A DNA stretch of 20,199 bases from Promethearchaeota archaeon (GCA_008080735.1 SHMW01000060.1:1-20199), one strand, 5' to 3'; shown: positions 1 through 8,684, counted from the first letter of the stretch. The notes: generated from the sequence alone by a model not told the origin. Numbers and translations are program-made.

Positions 1-347
1 AGATGGCTACAGCAGCCTATCAAGTTGCGGGAAATAATATGATATACGTAAATAACACAAGCTGTTCTGAGGTATCAACTTCAAAAGATAATGTAACTTC
101 ATGGAAAGTGCCATGGGTACATCATCTATTCGAGTCTGGAGCAACAGTCGCAGATGCGCTCTCGACCTCTTATAAGATCCTCAAGAAAAAAGGGTTATTC
201 GGAGAGCCAATGGAAGAAGAAGTTCCATATGTGATCCACATTGGCGGCGACGGCTCGACTTATGATATCGGGTTCCAATTTCTTAAAGCGGCTTTACTGC
301 GGACGAGTACATTCCTAGAGATGAGCGATTTATTGAACGCAAAATAA
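1..347 (+). CDS. 3' end of a 2-oxoacid:ferredoxin oxidoreductase beta-subunit-like (PorB-like) coding region; probably begins upstream of the window
   Basis: NNTSCSEV, WKVPWVHHLFE and IGGDGSTYDIGFQ match PorB motifs (TGCxEV, PWxHxxFE, GGDGxTxDIG). The second copy shows the frame extending upstream to GHGLCPGCG. Ends at TAA 345-347. Confidence 0.75.
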   Translation, partial: MATAAYQVAGNNMIYVNNTSCSEVSTSKDNVTSWKVPWVHHLFESGATVADALSTSYKILKKKGLFGEPMEEEVPYVIHIGGDGSTYDIGFQFLKAALLRTSTFLEMSDLLNAK

Positions 348-392
348 TTTTTATTTTATTTTTAAACTTAATTTTTCAATTTTATAATTTTT
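1..392 (+). repeat. Direct repeat copy 1 (identical to 1292-1683; may extend left of the window)
   Basis: Base-by-base comparison at offset 1291 shows identity until the T-run at 388-392 (5 T here, 6 T in copy 2). Confidence 0.95.
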
Positions 393-405
393 CAATTTTA
401 TTTTT
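348..405 (+). terminator. Oligo-T archaeal-type terminator region containing a 16-bp tandem repeat
   Basis: Several T4-T5 tracts directly after the stop; TAATTTTTCAATTTTA at 369-384 and 385-400. Confidence 0.5.
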
Positions 406-588
406 GCTCTGAATCAAATTTACCTATTTGTTATCCCTAATTTGACTTCTTTTCCTACAATATAAAATTGTTCCCATAAGGTAAATTGAGAGTTAGATTT
501 CAATGAAACTTTAATATAAATTTTATTATGGAAGAAAATATAAGACTAAAAGTATACGTTTAATTTGAGTGAACGGAAATTAAATATC

Positions 589-1041
589 ATGAAAATATAT
601 TTAGAGACTTCAGTTATTAATTTTTTATTTGCTAAGGATGCTCCAGAGAAGATGAGAATTACTCAAGAATTCTTTAATGTTATTAGTGATTATGATATTT
701 TTATTTCTGACATTGTATTGTTGGAAATTGAACAAGCTCCCGAAGAAAAAAAAAAATCATTAATGAATGTTATTAAAAAGAATAAAATAAAAGCATTAGA
801 GAGCACTGATGAAGCAGAGAAATTAGCAGATATATATGTTAACGAAGGAATCATACCAAAAAAATATTATAATGATGCTCTACACATAGCAATTGCAACA
901 AAATATAATATGGATGCAATAGTTAGCTGGAATTTAACTCATATTGTTAGGTTTAAAACAAAATTTAAAGTCAAAGATATTAATAATAAATTAAATGAAA
1001 AGGATGTGATAATTTGTACTCCAGAGGAAATGGTATATTAA
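589..1041 (+). CDS. PIN-domain (VapC-like) ribonuclease toxin
   Basis: MKIYLETSV, ISDIVLLEI, NDALHIAIA and IVSWNLTHI are typical PIN acidic motifs; ends ICTPEEM. ATG 589 preferred over TTG 565. Confidence 0.88.
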   Translation: MKIYLETSVINFLFAKDAPEKMRITQEFFNVISDYDIFISDIVLLEIEQAPEEKKKSLMNVIKKNKIKALESTDEAEKLADIYVNEGIIPKKYYNDALHIAIATKYNMDAIVSWNLTHIVRFKTKFKVKDINNKLNEKDVIICTPEEMVY

Positions 1042-1169
1042 AAGAAGAAAAATCGCTTGAAGAAATACATAGAATACGTGAAAAACTTTATAAGATGGAT
1101 GATGAAGAGAAAAAAAAATTACTCAAAAATATTAAAAAAAAATATAAAGAGCTTTTCGAAAGTATTTAA
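1014..1169 (+). CDS. Small charged helical protein, putative antitoxin partner of the PIN protein (absent from the ORF track)
   Basis: Frame reads ...ILKEEKSLEEIHRIREKLYKMDDEEKKKLLKNIKKKYKELFESI*, TAA 1167-1169, overlapping the PIN stop. Start uncertain (TTG 1014 or ATA 1035). EEIHRIRE-type peptides are, from my recollection, commonly encoded right after this PIN subtype. Confidence 0.6.
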   Translation: MYSRGNGILKEEKSLEEIHRIREKLYKMDDEEKKKLLKNIKKKYKELFESI

Positions 1170-1218
1170 TTCCCAAAATTTAAATCAAATTTTTTAATCT
1201 TTATTACTATTTAATTTT

Positions 1219-1638
1219 AAAAAGATTCATGGACACCTTCTTCCAGGACATGGGCTCTGTCCAGGATGCGGAGCAGGAATGGTTCTATTTTAGATGGCTA
1301 CAGCAGCCTATCAAGTTGCGGGAAATAATATGATATACGTAAATAACACAAGCTGTTCTGAGGTATCAACTTCAAAAGATAATGTAACTTCATGGAAAGT
1401 GCCATGGGTACATCATCTATTCGAGTCTGGAGCAACAGTCGCAGATGCGCTCTCGACCTCTTATAAGATCCTCAAGAAAAAAGGGTTATTCGGAGAGCCA
1501 ATGGAAGAAGAAGTTCCATATGTGATCCACATTGGCGGCGACGGCTCGACTTATGATATCGGGTTCCAATTTCTTAAAGCGGCTTTACTGCGGACGAGTA
1601 CATTCCTAGAGATGAGCGATTTATTGAACGCAAAATAA
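1219..1638 (+). pseudogene. 5'-truncated duplicate of the PorB-like segment with in-frame TAG (1291-1293)
   Basis: Frame reads KKIHGHLLPGHGLCPGCGAGMVLF*MATAAYQ...; upstream in-frame TAA at 1195-1197 and no ATG/GTG/TTG before the CPGC motif. Confidence 0.75.
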
Positions 1639-1683
1639 TTTTTATTTTATTTTTAAACTTAATTTTTCAATTTTATAATTTTT
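1292..1683 (+). repeat. Direct repeat copy 2
   Basis: Identical to 1-392. Confidence 0.95.
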
Positions 1684-2322
1684 TCATTTCTTGCTTTCTT
1701 TTATCAAATATCTTTATGAAGTTCAATTATTTCAATCCATTTGGCCAATTATCTGCCAATGTAAGAAAGATTTTTTTAGAGCTTTTTAGATATGACAATT
1801 AAAATATGAATTCTTTAAACTCAGTAAGGTAATTAAGACGATAAAAGCGCTTTATCCTCTATTTTTAAGTATAATCATATAAATTAGATGTGCTTCTTTG
1901 TATATTTCTTAATATTTAATTTAGGAAATTTTAGTCTTACTATTGACCTCTTTTTATTGATTTTTGTAATTTACTGCAAGTGACGATATAATGGATTAAT
2001 AATTATTCATAATTTGTGATTAAATTAATATATAGAATGCCGAATTTCTGGCAAAGATCTTTTATTATGTCGATATTTTAACCTATACTTGCTGTAGATT
2101 TACTCTAATTAAATACTTTTTCAAGAATTTTCATTCATAAATAACTAGTTTTAATTTATTATACTTTTATTAAAAGTCAATTAATCTAAGAAAAATTAAC
2201 TAATCCAAATTCATATAAATCCAAATTATCACCAAAGCGATAACTTTTTAACTAAAAAAATTTAATAAAATTCATCAATATATTTTTATATTTATTTTAA
2301 AAAGAGATTTTGAAATTAAGGG

Positions 2323-3771
2323 ATGAAGATGAGTGATCTAAAAGAAATTAGTTCAAAAAAAATAGATAATGAATCTGAATCGAGACATTCCAAAATAACG
2401 TTCTTATCTTTTGGTATGTATCAATTGACGTGGACTATAGTGGGTTCTGCAAATGGATTGTTCCTCTTTTTTTACTATCACACCATTGCTGGTTTAGATC
2501 CGTTATTAATATTTACCGCCACCGCCATTCTAACTTTCTGGTATGCCTTTAACGATCCTATTATCGGATTTCTAACTGATAGAAATTTCAAATGGACGCG
2601 CAAGTGGGGTCGCCGATTCCCATTTATATTGCTAGGGGGCATTCCTTGGTGCTTCTCGATAGTATTGATATATTCTGCACCTGAAGTAACAGTAAGCCCA
2701 TGGCCGACGTTTTTCTGGTTTTTAGGGGTTAATGCTATTTATGAGGCTCTTATCACGCTTACTGATGTAAATGTCGGTAGCTTACGAGTCGATAAATTCA
2801 GAACCGAAAAAGAGAGGCGGAAATATTCCTCTTATTTTGCTCCATTAGATATGTTAGCATTGGTAATTGGTATGGTTGTTCCACCACTACTCCTTGGACT
2901 TGCAGCGGGAGCCGCATCTTATACCGTTATGGCTTTATTAGTTGGATTGATAGGATTGGTATTTTTTCTCTTATTCATACCAGGTGCTCGTGAGGATAAA
3001 GTCATTATAGATCGTTATTATTCTGGAGAATATGAATCAATGAATTTTCGAAAGGGTATTATTAAAATACTCAAAGAAAAGAGTTTCGTCTCATTTTGGA
3101 TACACTATGCCACATTTATGGTAGCTACAACAATTTTAACTGCGATGGTTGTATATTTAACGACTTTTGTACTTCAAACCAGTTCTGATATGATGACCGT
3201 GCTATTAGCGATCTTCCTGACAGGAACGTTAATTTCGGTTCCTATTTGGCTAAAAGTTCTTAAAAAAGTTAATAATAACAAAAAGGTATATCTTATTGGA
3301 AGCTCTCTACTATGCATAACGCTCATACCATTATCTTTCTTCCAAGGATTAATAGATTTGGCGATATTCATGTTCATAGTTGGACTAGCTATGGGCTGTA
3401 TCTGGACACTGGGGATTCCCGTTATGCTCTCAAGTGTTATGGATCAATTTGTAGTCAACACTGGAAAGAATCAAAAAGGATTTCTTATGGGAGCTTGGGG
3501 TTTATTATCTGTGTTTACTGCTTTTCTTGATGAATTAATTATGTCATTGATATTTTCAATCACAGGTTTTGAAGCAGGATTAGAAACTTATTCGGAATTA
3601 GTAGCTTCTGGGGCTAATGTAGAATTAGTGATTTGGGGAATTCGATTATTGGTAGGTGTTATACCTATGATCGTGGTTGTTGTTGGAACAATTATATTTT
3701 GGAAAATTTATCCACTGACTCAAGAAAAGATTCTTGAAAATAAAATGAAACTAAAAGAGCTCGGTTTTTAA
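2323..3771 (+). CDS. MFS transporter, glycoside-pentoside-hexuronide (GPH/MelB-like) cation symporter
   Basis: About 12 hydrophobic segments; NDPIIGFLTDR...WGRRFPF is the GPH N-terminal signature; C-terminal YPL motif. Confidence 0.9.
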   Translation: MKMSDLKEISSKKIDNESESRHSKITFLSFGMYQLTWTIVGSANGLFLFFYYHTIAGLDPLLIFTATAILTFWYAFNDPIIGFLTDRNFKWTRKWGRRFPFILLGGIPWCFSIVLIYSAPEVTVSPWPTFFWFLGVNAIYEALITLTDVNVGSLRVDKFRTEKERRKYSSYFAPLDMLALVIGMVVPPLLLGLAAGAASYTVMALLVGLIGLVFFLLFIPGAREDKVIIDRYYSGEYESMNFRKGIIKILKEKSFVSFWIHYATFMVATTILTAMVVYLTTFVLQTSSDMMTVLLAIFLTGTLISVPIWLKVLKKVNNNKKVYLIGSSLLCITLIPLSFFQGLIDLAIFMFIVGLAMGCIWTLGIPVMLSSVMDQFVVNTGKNQKGFLMGAWGLLSVFTAFLDELIMSLIFSITGFEAGLETYSELVASGANVELVIWGIRLLVGVIPMIVVVVGTIIFWKIYPLTQEKILENKMKLKELGF

Positions 3772-3878
3772 TATTAGCTCCCTTTTTTTATTTTTTATGA
3801 TTGAGTTTGATATTGTTCAAGATATTCTTACTAGAATATATTTTCAAATCCAAATAATTCTAAACGGAAATAAAAAAA

Positions 3879-6014
3879 ATGAAAAGTATTTATGAATTAT
3901 CCAATGAATATTGGAAGCTTTCAATAGAAGAAGTAGAGAAAAATCAGTATCATTACAAATTATGCAACCAAAGTAATGATATCCTATTTTCTGATCTTGA
4001 TTATCATTATAGTGTGTTAACTTCACGAAATAGAGGGGCAAGATTTGAATATTTAGGTTTTTCAGAAATGGAAAAAAATGCGAAACACTTAGAATCAAGA
4101 TCTATCGAAGATGATGATCCATCATCTATTGCAATTAAAGGCAATTTTGAAAAATCTTCTCTTGAAATAAAGCATATTTTCGAATTGAAGAAAGATGATA
4201 ATTGGTTATATGAATATATTACTCTAATCAATAAAGGTAATAAACGAATTCGATTCGGATTAATCAATCTCGGTTTTAAAAAAATGATGTTTAAACAGCG
4301 CCTCGGCTGGCAAGAACATCTTGATGAGTATTGTCTAACGGCGATTCCATCGCGAAGATTTTATGGATATGGAATAGATAGAAGAAAGAACCATTTTACC
4401 GCTAATGATTTATTGATTAACTCATGGGCAGCAAAAGAGTATAAAATACCTGGATTTTGTGCAGAAGCTTGGCTTTGGGGAAATACCGAGCATGGTCTTT
4501 TAATTTGCAAATATAATCAATCCGATATTGAATTTTCGAGATTTGATACATTAAAATACCCGATCCCAGGTAGGGGTGCTAATGATGTTTCAATTATATT
4601 CGGTGGAGCGTATTTATGTAATGGAGATCCCGAAAATATAGCAGATCTTAAACCTCGTCAGTCCTATACTTTTGGAGTATCCAAGTATGCTAGTTTTAAG
4701 GGAGATTATAGAAATGGATATTATCTATATCGGAAACATTTAGATCAATCAGGTCATTGTTTTAGTGAAGAATATGATCCCCCTCTACATTGGAATGAAT
4801 TATATAATTTGGGATGGGAGATGGAGAAAGTAGGTTTCTTTGTCGAAGGAGAAGATTATGAAAGATATACATTGGAACAACTATATACTGAGGCTCAAAT
4901 TGCTAAAGATATAGGTGCTGAATGCCTTTATATTGATCCAGGATGGAATACATATTTGGGATCAGAGATATGGGACGAAGAAAGATACGGAAGTTTGCAA
5001 GATTTTTCTAATCGAATCCACCAAAATTATGGATTAAAGTTAGGATTACATTTAATGATGAATTTTGGTAGTGAAAACGAAAAAGAGTATTTCTATCTGA
5101 TATCTCAAAGAGGAGTAAGAGTAGTATCTGATCCCTATATTAATCTATATTGTGTTTGTGCAAACGATAAATGGGTAAACGAAAAAACTCGACGTATATT
5201 AGAATTAGCTAAACATGGTATAGATTTCTTCATGTTTGATTTCACAGACTTTTCTTCTTTTTTAGTCGATAATGCTGGGTGTTATTGTAAGGATCATGGT
5301 CATGAAATACCTATGAGAAGACAGACTCATGCTGAAGGTATCTTAAAAGTTATCCAAAATGTTAAAGAGAAATTTCCCAATATTCTCATTGAAGCACATC
5401 AAAGAGGAAATCACCCTTATTATTACCAGCATGGCATAAAAAATAGTTTTGATGAAAATTGGGGATTTGAATGTATGTGGAATCCATTGGAAGATTTAAT
5501 TTCACATAAAGCTTTCCAATTATATGAATATAATATAGCGTATAATATTCCACTCTACTTGCATATAAATGAAAATAGCGATAATGAAAATCTTCTACAA
5601 TTTTGGTGGTATGCGTCTGTTGCTCGACATTTAGGAATAGGTGGATTAAAAGACAGAAAAAGTAAGAAATATATTAACCTCAAGCAAGCATTGATTTTAT
5701 ATAAGAAAATAAAAAGTATACTAACTCGAGGGTCATTCTACGGAATTGATCCCCTCACCCACTTACATATCTCAGAAGAGAAAGATAAAGCTGTCTTAAT
5801 AACAACGAATCTAAATAGTAGACTAGAATCTAAATTATTCAAATTAGACCCGGCATTTTTTGATTTTAAAATACGGAATGTATTTGTCTTTGACGGAAAA
5901 TATAAAAAAATGAATAAAGATCAGTATGAACTTTCTCTTAACAATGATAAATTAATAGAATTTAGGATACAAGTTCCTGCTTTATCTCCGAGAATTATCA
6001 TTTTTTCAAATTAG
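3879..6014 (+). CDS. Glycoside hydrolase, clan GH-D-like (GH36/GH27 alpha-galactosidase-related), divergent
   Basis: HWN, YIDPGW (cf. xDDGW), GLKLGLH (cf. GMKFGLW) and GIDFFMFDF (cf. GIDYIKWD nucleophile strand), plus LIE after the next helix; about 700 aa as in GH36; follows a GPH transporter. Confidence 0.65.
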   Translation: MKSIYELSNEYWKLSIEEVEKNQYHYKLCNQSNDILFSDLDYHYSVLTSRNRGARFEYLGFSEMEKNAKHLESRSIEDDDPSSIAIKGNFEKSSLEIKHIFELKKDDNWLYEYITLINKGNKRIRFGLINLGFKKMMFKQRLGWQEHLDEYCLTAIPSRRFYGYGIDRRKNHFTANDLLINSWAAKEYKIPGFCAEAWLWGNTEHGLLICKYNQSDIEFSRFDTLKYPIPGRGANDVSIIFGGAYLCNGDPENIADLKPRQSYTFGVSKYASFKGDYRNGYYLYRKHLDQSGHCFSEEYDPPLHWNELYNLGWEMEKVGFFVEGEDYERYTLEQLYTEAQIAKDIGAECLYIDPGWNTYLGSEIWDEERYGSLQDFSNRIHQNYGLKLGLHLMMNFGSENEKEYFYLISQRGVRVVSDPYINLYCVCANDKWVNEKTRRILELAKHGIDFFMFDFTDFSSFLVDNAGCYCKDHGHEIPMRRQTHAEGILKVIQNVKEKFPNILIEAHQRGNHPYYYQHGIKNSFDENWGFECMWNPLEDLISHKAFQLYEYNIAYNIPLYLHINENSDNENLLQFWWYASVARHLGIGGLKDRKSKKYINLKQALILYKKIKSILTRGSFYGIDPLTHLHISEEKDKAVLITTNLNSRLESKLFKLDPAFFDFKIRNVFVFDGKYKKMNKDQYELSLNNDKLIEFRIQVPALSPRIIIFSN

Positions 6015-6047
6015 AATCCGATTTGGAAAAATTTTAAATTTCCAATA

Positions 6048-7202
6048 TTATTTGTTGATATTTTTTTTCTTTTTCCTATATTCTCGTTTGAAATCTCGAT
6101 AATCGCCTTCTCCATAATTGCCTCCGAGAAAATCCGGTAAATAATAAAGTGCTTTAATTTCAGTGAAATAAACCAAGATCATAAATAGGCCTTTTGGATC
6201 AAATTTCTTATAGAGTCGTGTAACATCTTTTGTTGCATCCAATGGATTATCAACCACAATATTTTTACCCATTTCTTGGATCTTTTTATATATGGGAAAC
6301 CACTTATCACTTTGAGCAGCTTCATTCCCCGATCCAGGAACCCATTGAATCCCCGTAATTGAGGGTTCCTCCAGCAAGTCATCTAAATGAATGAGCTGCC
6401 CAGGCCCATCAAGATGATAAATTGCATAGTCCATAGATTCCGCCTGTTCTCTTATATCTGGCAAAACAAACCTTTTAAAATATTTAGGAGAAAGCATCGC
6501 ACTAAAATCACATTGGATTGGATACCATCTTTTTGGACACCATACTGGAAGCCAGCTATTACATCCATCTTGGTACTTCTCGATAATGCATTGTAGGTCT
6601 TCATATACTTGTAATAGCTTTTCTAAAATAATAGAACGACATGAATCAATGAGAGAGGGATTTCTCTTCATTGTAAGAATAATATTTGTTGGACCTAAAA
6701 AAGACGAAAGAATGTCCAAGACACCTCCTAAATCAGTCACGGCCACACTATAATTGTTTTCTGCTCTCTTAGCGGCATATTCTGTTATATTTAATAATCT
6801 ATTATACCATTCATTATTGCTATCAAGTTTAACATTTTCTAAAAAGGAAACTATCTCGTCAACGGGGACGGGATGATTAAACCAAACTGTTTCGGATTTA
6901 AATACGGGTTCTACTCCAAAAATAGATGCCATGATTCCTGGGCCATAGTTTGGAAATAACCATGGAATATTTTCATGTTTAAAATTTATTGATTCCGATT
7001 TTTCTTCAAAATCGTCAAGATATCCTTTGATGTCTTCCCAGTTTTTCGCTAAATACCAAAAATCATAAACTCCTTTGAACGGTACATCTGATTTTGGTAA
7101 AAAATATGATATACAAGGGCGATCTATAATTTCATGATCCCACCATGCTGCTAATCGTTCCTTTGCCTCTATTATATCTTCTTTATATACACTCATAATC
7201 AA
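6048..7202 (-). CDS. URO-D/corrinoid methyltransferase superfamily protein ('trimethylamine corrinoid protein 2'-like subgroup)
   Basis: AWWDHEIIDRP, NYGPG, QCDFSAMLSP, YHLDG and IQWVPG are characteristic of this subgroup. Start TTG 7202 or ATG 7196. Confidence 0.75.
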   Translation of the reverse strand: MIMSVYKEDIIEAKERLAAWWDHEIIDRPCISYFLPKSDVPFKGVYDFWYLAKNWEDIKGYLDDFEEKSESINFKHENIPWLFPNYGPGIMASIFGVEPVFKSETVWFNHPVPVDEIVSFLENVKLDSNNEWYNRLLNITEYAAKRAENNYSVAVTDLGGVLDILSSFLGPTNIILTMKRNPSLIDSCRSIILEKLLQVYEDLQCIIEKYQDGCNSWLPVWCPKRWYPIQCDFSAMLSPKYFKRFVLPDIREQAESMDYAIYHLDGPGQLIHLDDLLEEPSITGIQWVPGSGNEAAQSDKWFPIYKKIQEMGKNIVVDNPLDATKDVTRLYKKFDPKGLFMILVYFTEIKALYYLPDFLGGNYGEGDYRDFKREYRKKKKNINK

Positions 7203-7369
7203 TATAATATCCTCTCAACTAATCCCTAATTGGATTAATTTTTTCCTAACTGATTTTATTTAGACTCTTAGGAATTAAAACTTTTCTAAACTTGACAAAT
7301 TTGAAATAGTAATGAAATATTTAGTATCTTAATTAGGGAATTTTGAAATAACTTTTAGGTTAAAAAAGT

Positions 7370-8527
7370 ATGAGTTTATCAAAACGTGAAAGAGTACTTA
7401 AAACTCTAGAACTTGATGGAGAACCAGATAAAGTACCTATTCATTATTTTGGTTTTGAACAAACGGGAACATCATTCCAAGCGTTTAGTAGATCCATCGA
7501 AAAACAAGAATTTACTTCATTTGTGAATAATCGCCACAACAATAAAAAATATTATATAACGGAACAGAGATTTTGGAATTTAGATATATTTGAAATGGAT
7601 CCTTTCGGTGTAAACAAGCTAAAAATAAAAAACATTGAAGCTCCACCGGATTTTCCCAATTCATATATTAGTGTTATTGATGGTAGAATTTTTAAAACGG
7701 TCAAACAAGTTGAAACTGGAATGCCCTATGAATGGTATGTAGGCGGTTATTTTACATCCAAAGAAAGAGTAAATGAATTATGGGATAGATATGGAAAACC
7801 CTCCGAACGAATAAATGATAGGATTAACTATTCTCCACAAATTTGGGAAGGTTTTGTAGAAGCAGTTTCACCCTATTTTTATCCAATGGTTTATACACCC
7901 CTCAATCCTACCGAATGCTTATTTGAAGGCGTGACTATGGCCCGAGTTGCCTACTTTATGAGAAAAGACCCTCAATTTATACATATGTTAATGGATGAAT
8001 ATACTAAAGTGGATATTGAAATAATCAAAAGATTAAATGAAGCCGGCGTAGACATTGTGTTTATGGGAGATGATTTAGGATACAAAGAAAATCCAATTTT
8101 TTCACTCAAACAATATAACGAATTTATATTGCCATATCATAAAAAATTATTTCAAAAATGCAAAAAATTTGGGATGTTATCTGTTCTACACTCTTGTGGC
8201 AAAATTGATCAATATGTCCCCGATCTTATTAAAGCGGGTTTAAATTGTTTACAAGCTTTAGAGGTAACAGCTGGAGTTGATCTCAAAAATTTAAAGAAAC
8301 ATTATGGTGATAAAATATGTTTTATGGGCGGTTTAGATTCATCGGGCATTTTAACTTTTGGAACTCCAGAACAAGTATTTGAACATGTTAAAAATACCCT
8401 TAAGATTGGAGGAAAGGGAGGGGGATATTTTGTAGGTCCGAGTCATGATATTCTTAATATTCCATGGGAAAATATCTTAGCGATGAGATCAGCTATTGAA
8501 AAATATCGGGATTATCCCTTTAATTAA
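7370..8527 (+). CDS. Uroporphyrinogen decarboxylase family protein (MtaA/CmuA-like methyltransferase fold)
   Basis: KRERVLKTL...PDKVP, GDDLG, LHSCG, FMGGLD, GTPEQV, GGGYFVGPSH and PWENI motifs. Confidence 0.85.
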   Translation: MSLSKRERVLKTLELDGEPDKVPIHYFGFEQTGTSFQAFSRSIEKQEFTSFVNNRHNNKKYYITEQRFWNLDIFEMDPFGVNKLKIKNIEAPPDFPNSYISVIDGRIFKTVKQVETGMPYEWYVGGYFTSKERVNELWDRYGKPSERINDRINYSPQIWEGFVEAVSPYFYPMVYTPLNPTECLFEGVTMARVAYFMRKDPQFIHMLMDEYTKVDIEIIKRLNEAGVDIVFMGDDLGYKENPIFSLKQYNEFILPYHKKLFQKCKKFGMLSVLHSCGKIDQYVPDLIKAGLNCLQALEVTAGVDLKNLKKHYGDKICFMGGLDSSGILTFGTPEQVFEHVKNTLKIGGKGGGYFVGPSHDILNIPWENILAMRSAIEKYRDYPFN

Positions 8528-8544
8528 CTATTTTTTAATTAACA

Positions 8545-8568
8545 ATTTACCCGACCATTTGGGTAAAT
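8545..8568 (+). terminator. Hairpin downstream of the URO-D-like gene
   Basis: ATTTACCCGA-CCAT-TTGGGTAAAT forms a 10-bp stem with one G-T pair and is followed by a T-tract. Confidence 0.4.
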
Positions 8569-8684
8569 CTGATTTTTATGAAATAGTATGTGTTTTGTCT
8601 TCAAAAAAATGTGGTCTGGTTTTCCAATAATTTTTTTACATGTTGATATTTATTATGTTGTAATAATTTAGTTAGGTTGATAAA

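Noticed and set aside
1-1683. Diversity-generating retroelement TR/VR pair, or CRISPR array
   Set aside because: The copies are identical with no adenine-specific mismatches, there is no reverse transcriptase in the window, and no regularly spaced short repeats were seen.
3174-3530. Short ORFs 3174-3377(-) and 3312-3530(+)
   Set aside because: Fully inside the GPH transporter gene; no motifs; shadow ORFs.
3844-4267. Minus-strand ORFs 3844-4098 and 4007-4267
   Set aside because: Antisense to the glycoside hydrolase; no protein-family features.
6179-6596. ORFs 6179-6382(-) and 6387-6596(+)
   Set aside because: Alternate-frame or antisense within the URO-D-like gene.
7370-8527. Calling this hemE or mtaA
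   Set aside because: Lacks the HemE RQAGR motif; has HxC but ends in PSH rather than the PGC third-ligand motif of MtaA, so only family-level assignment is supported.
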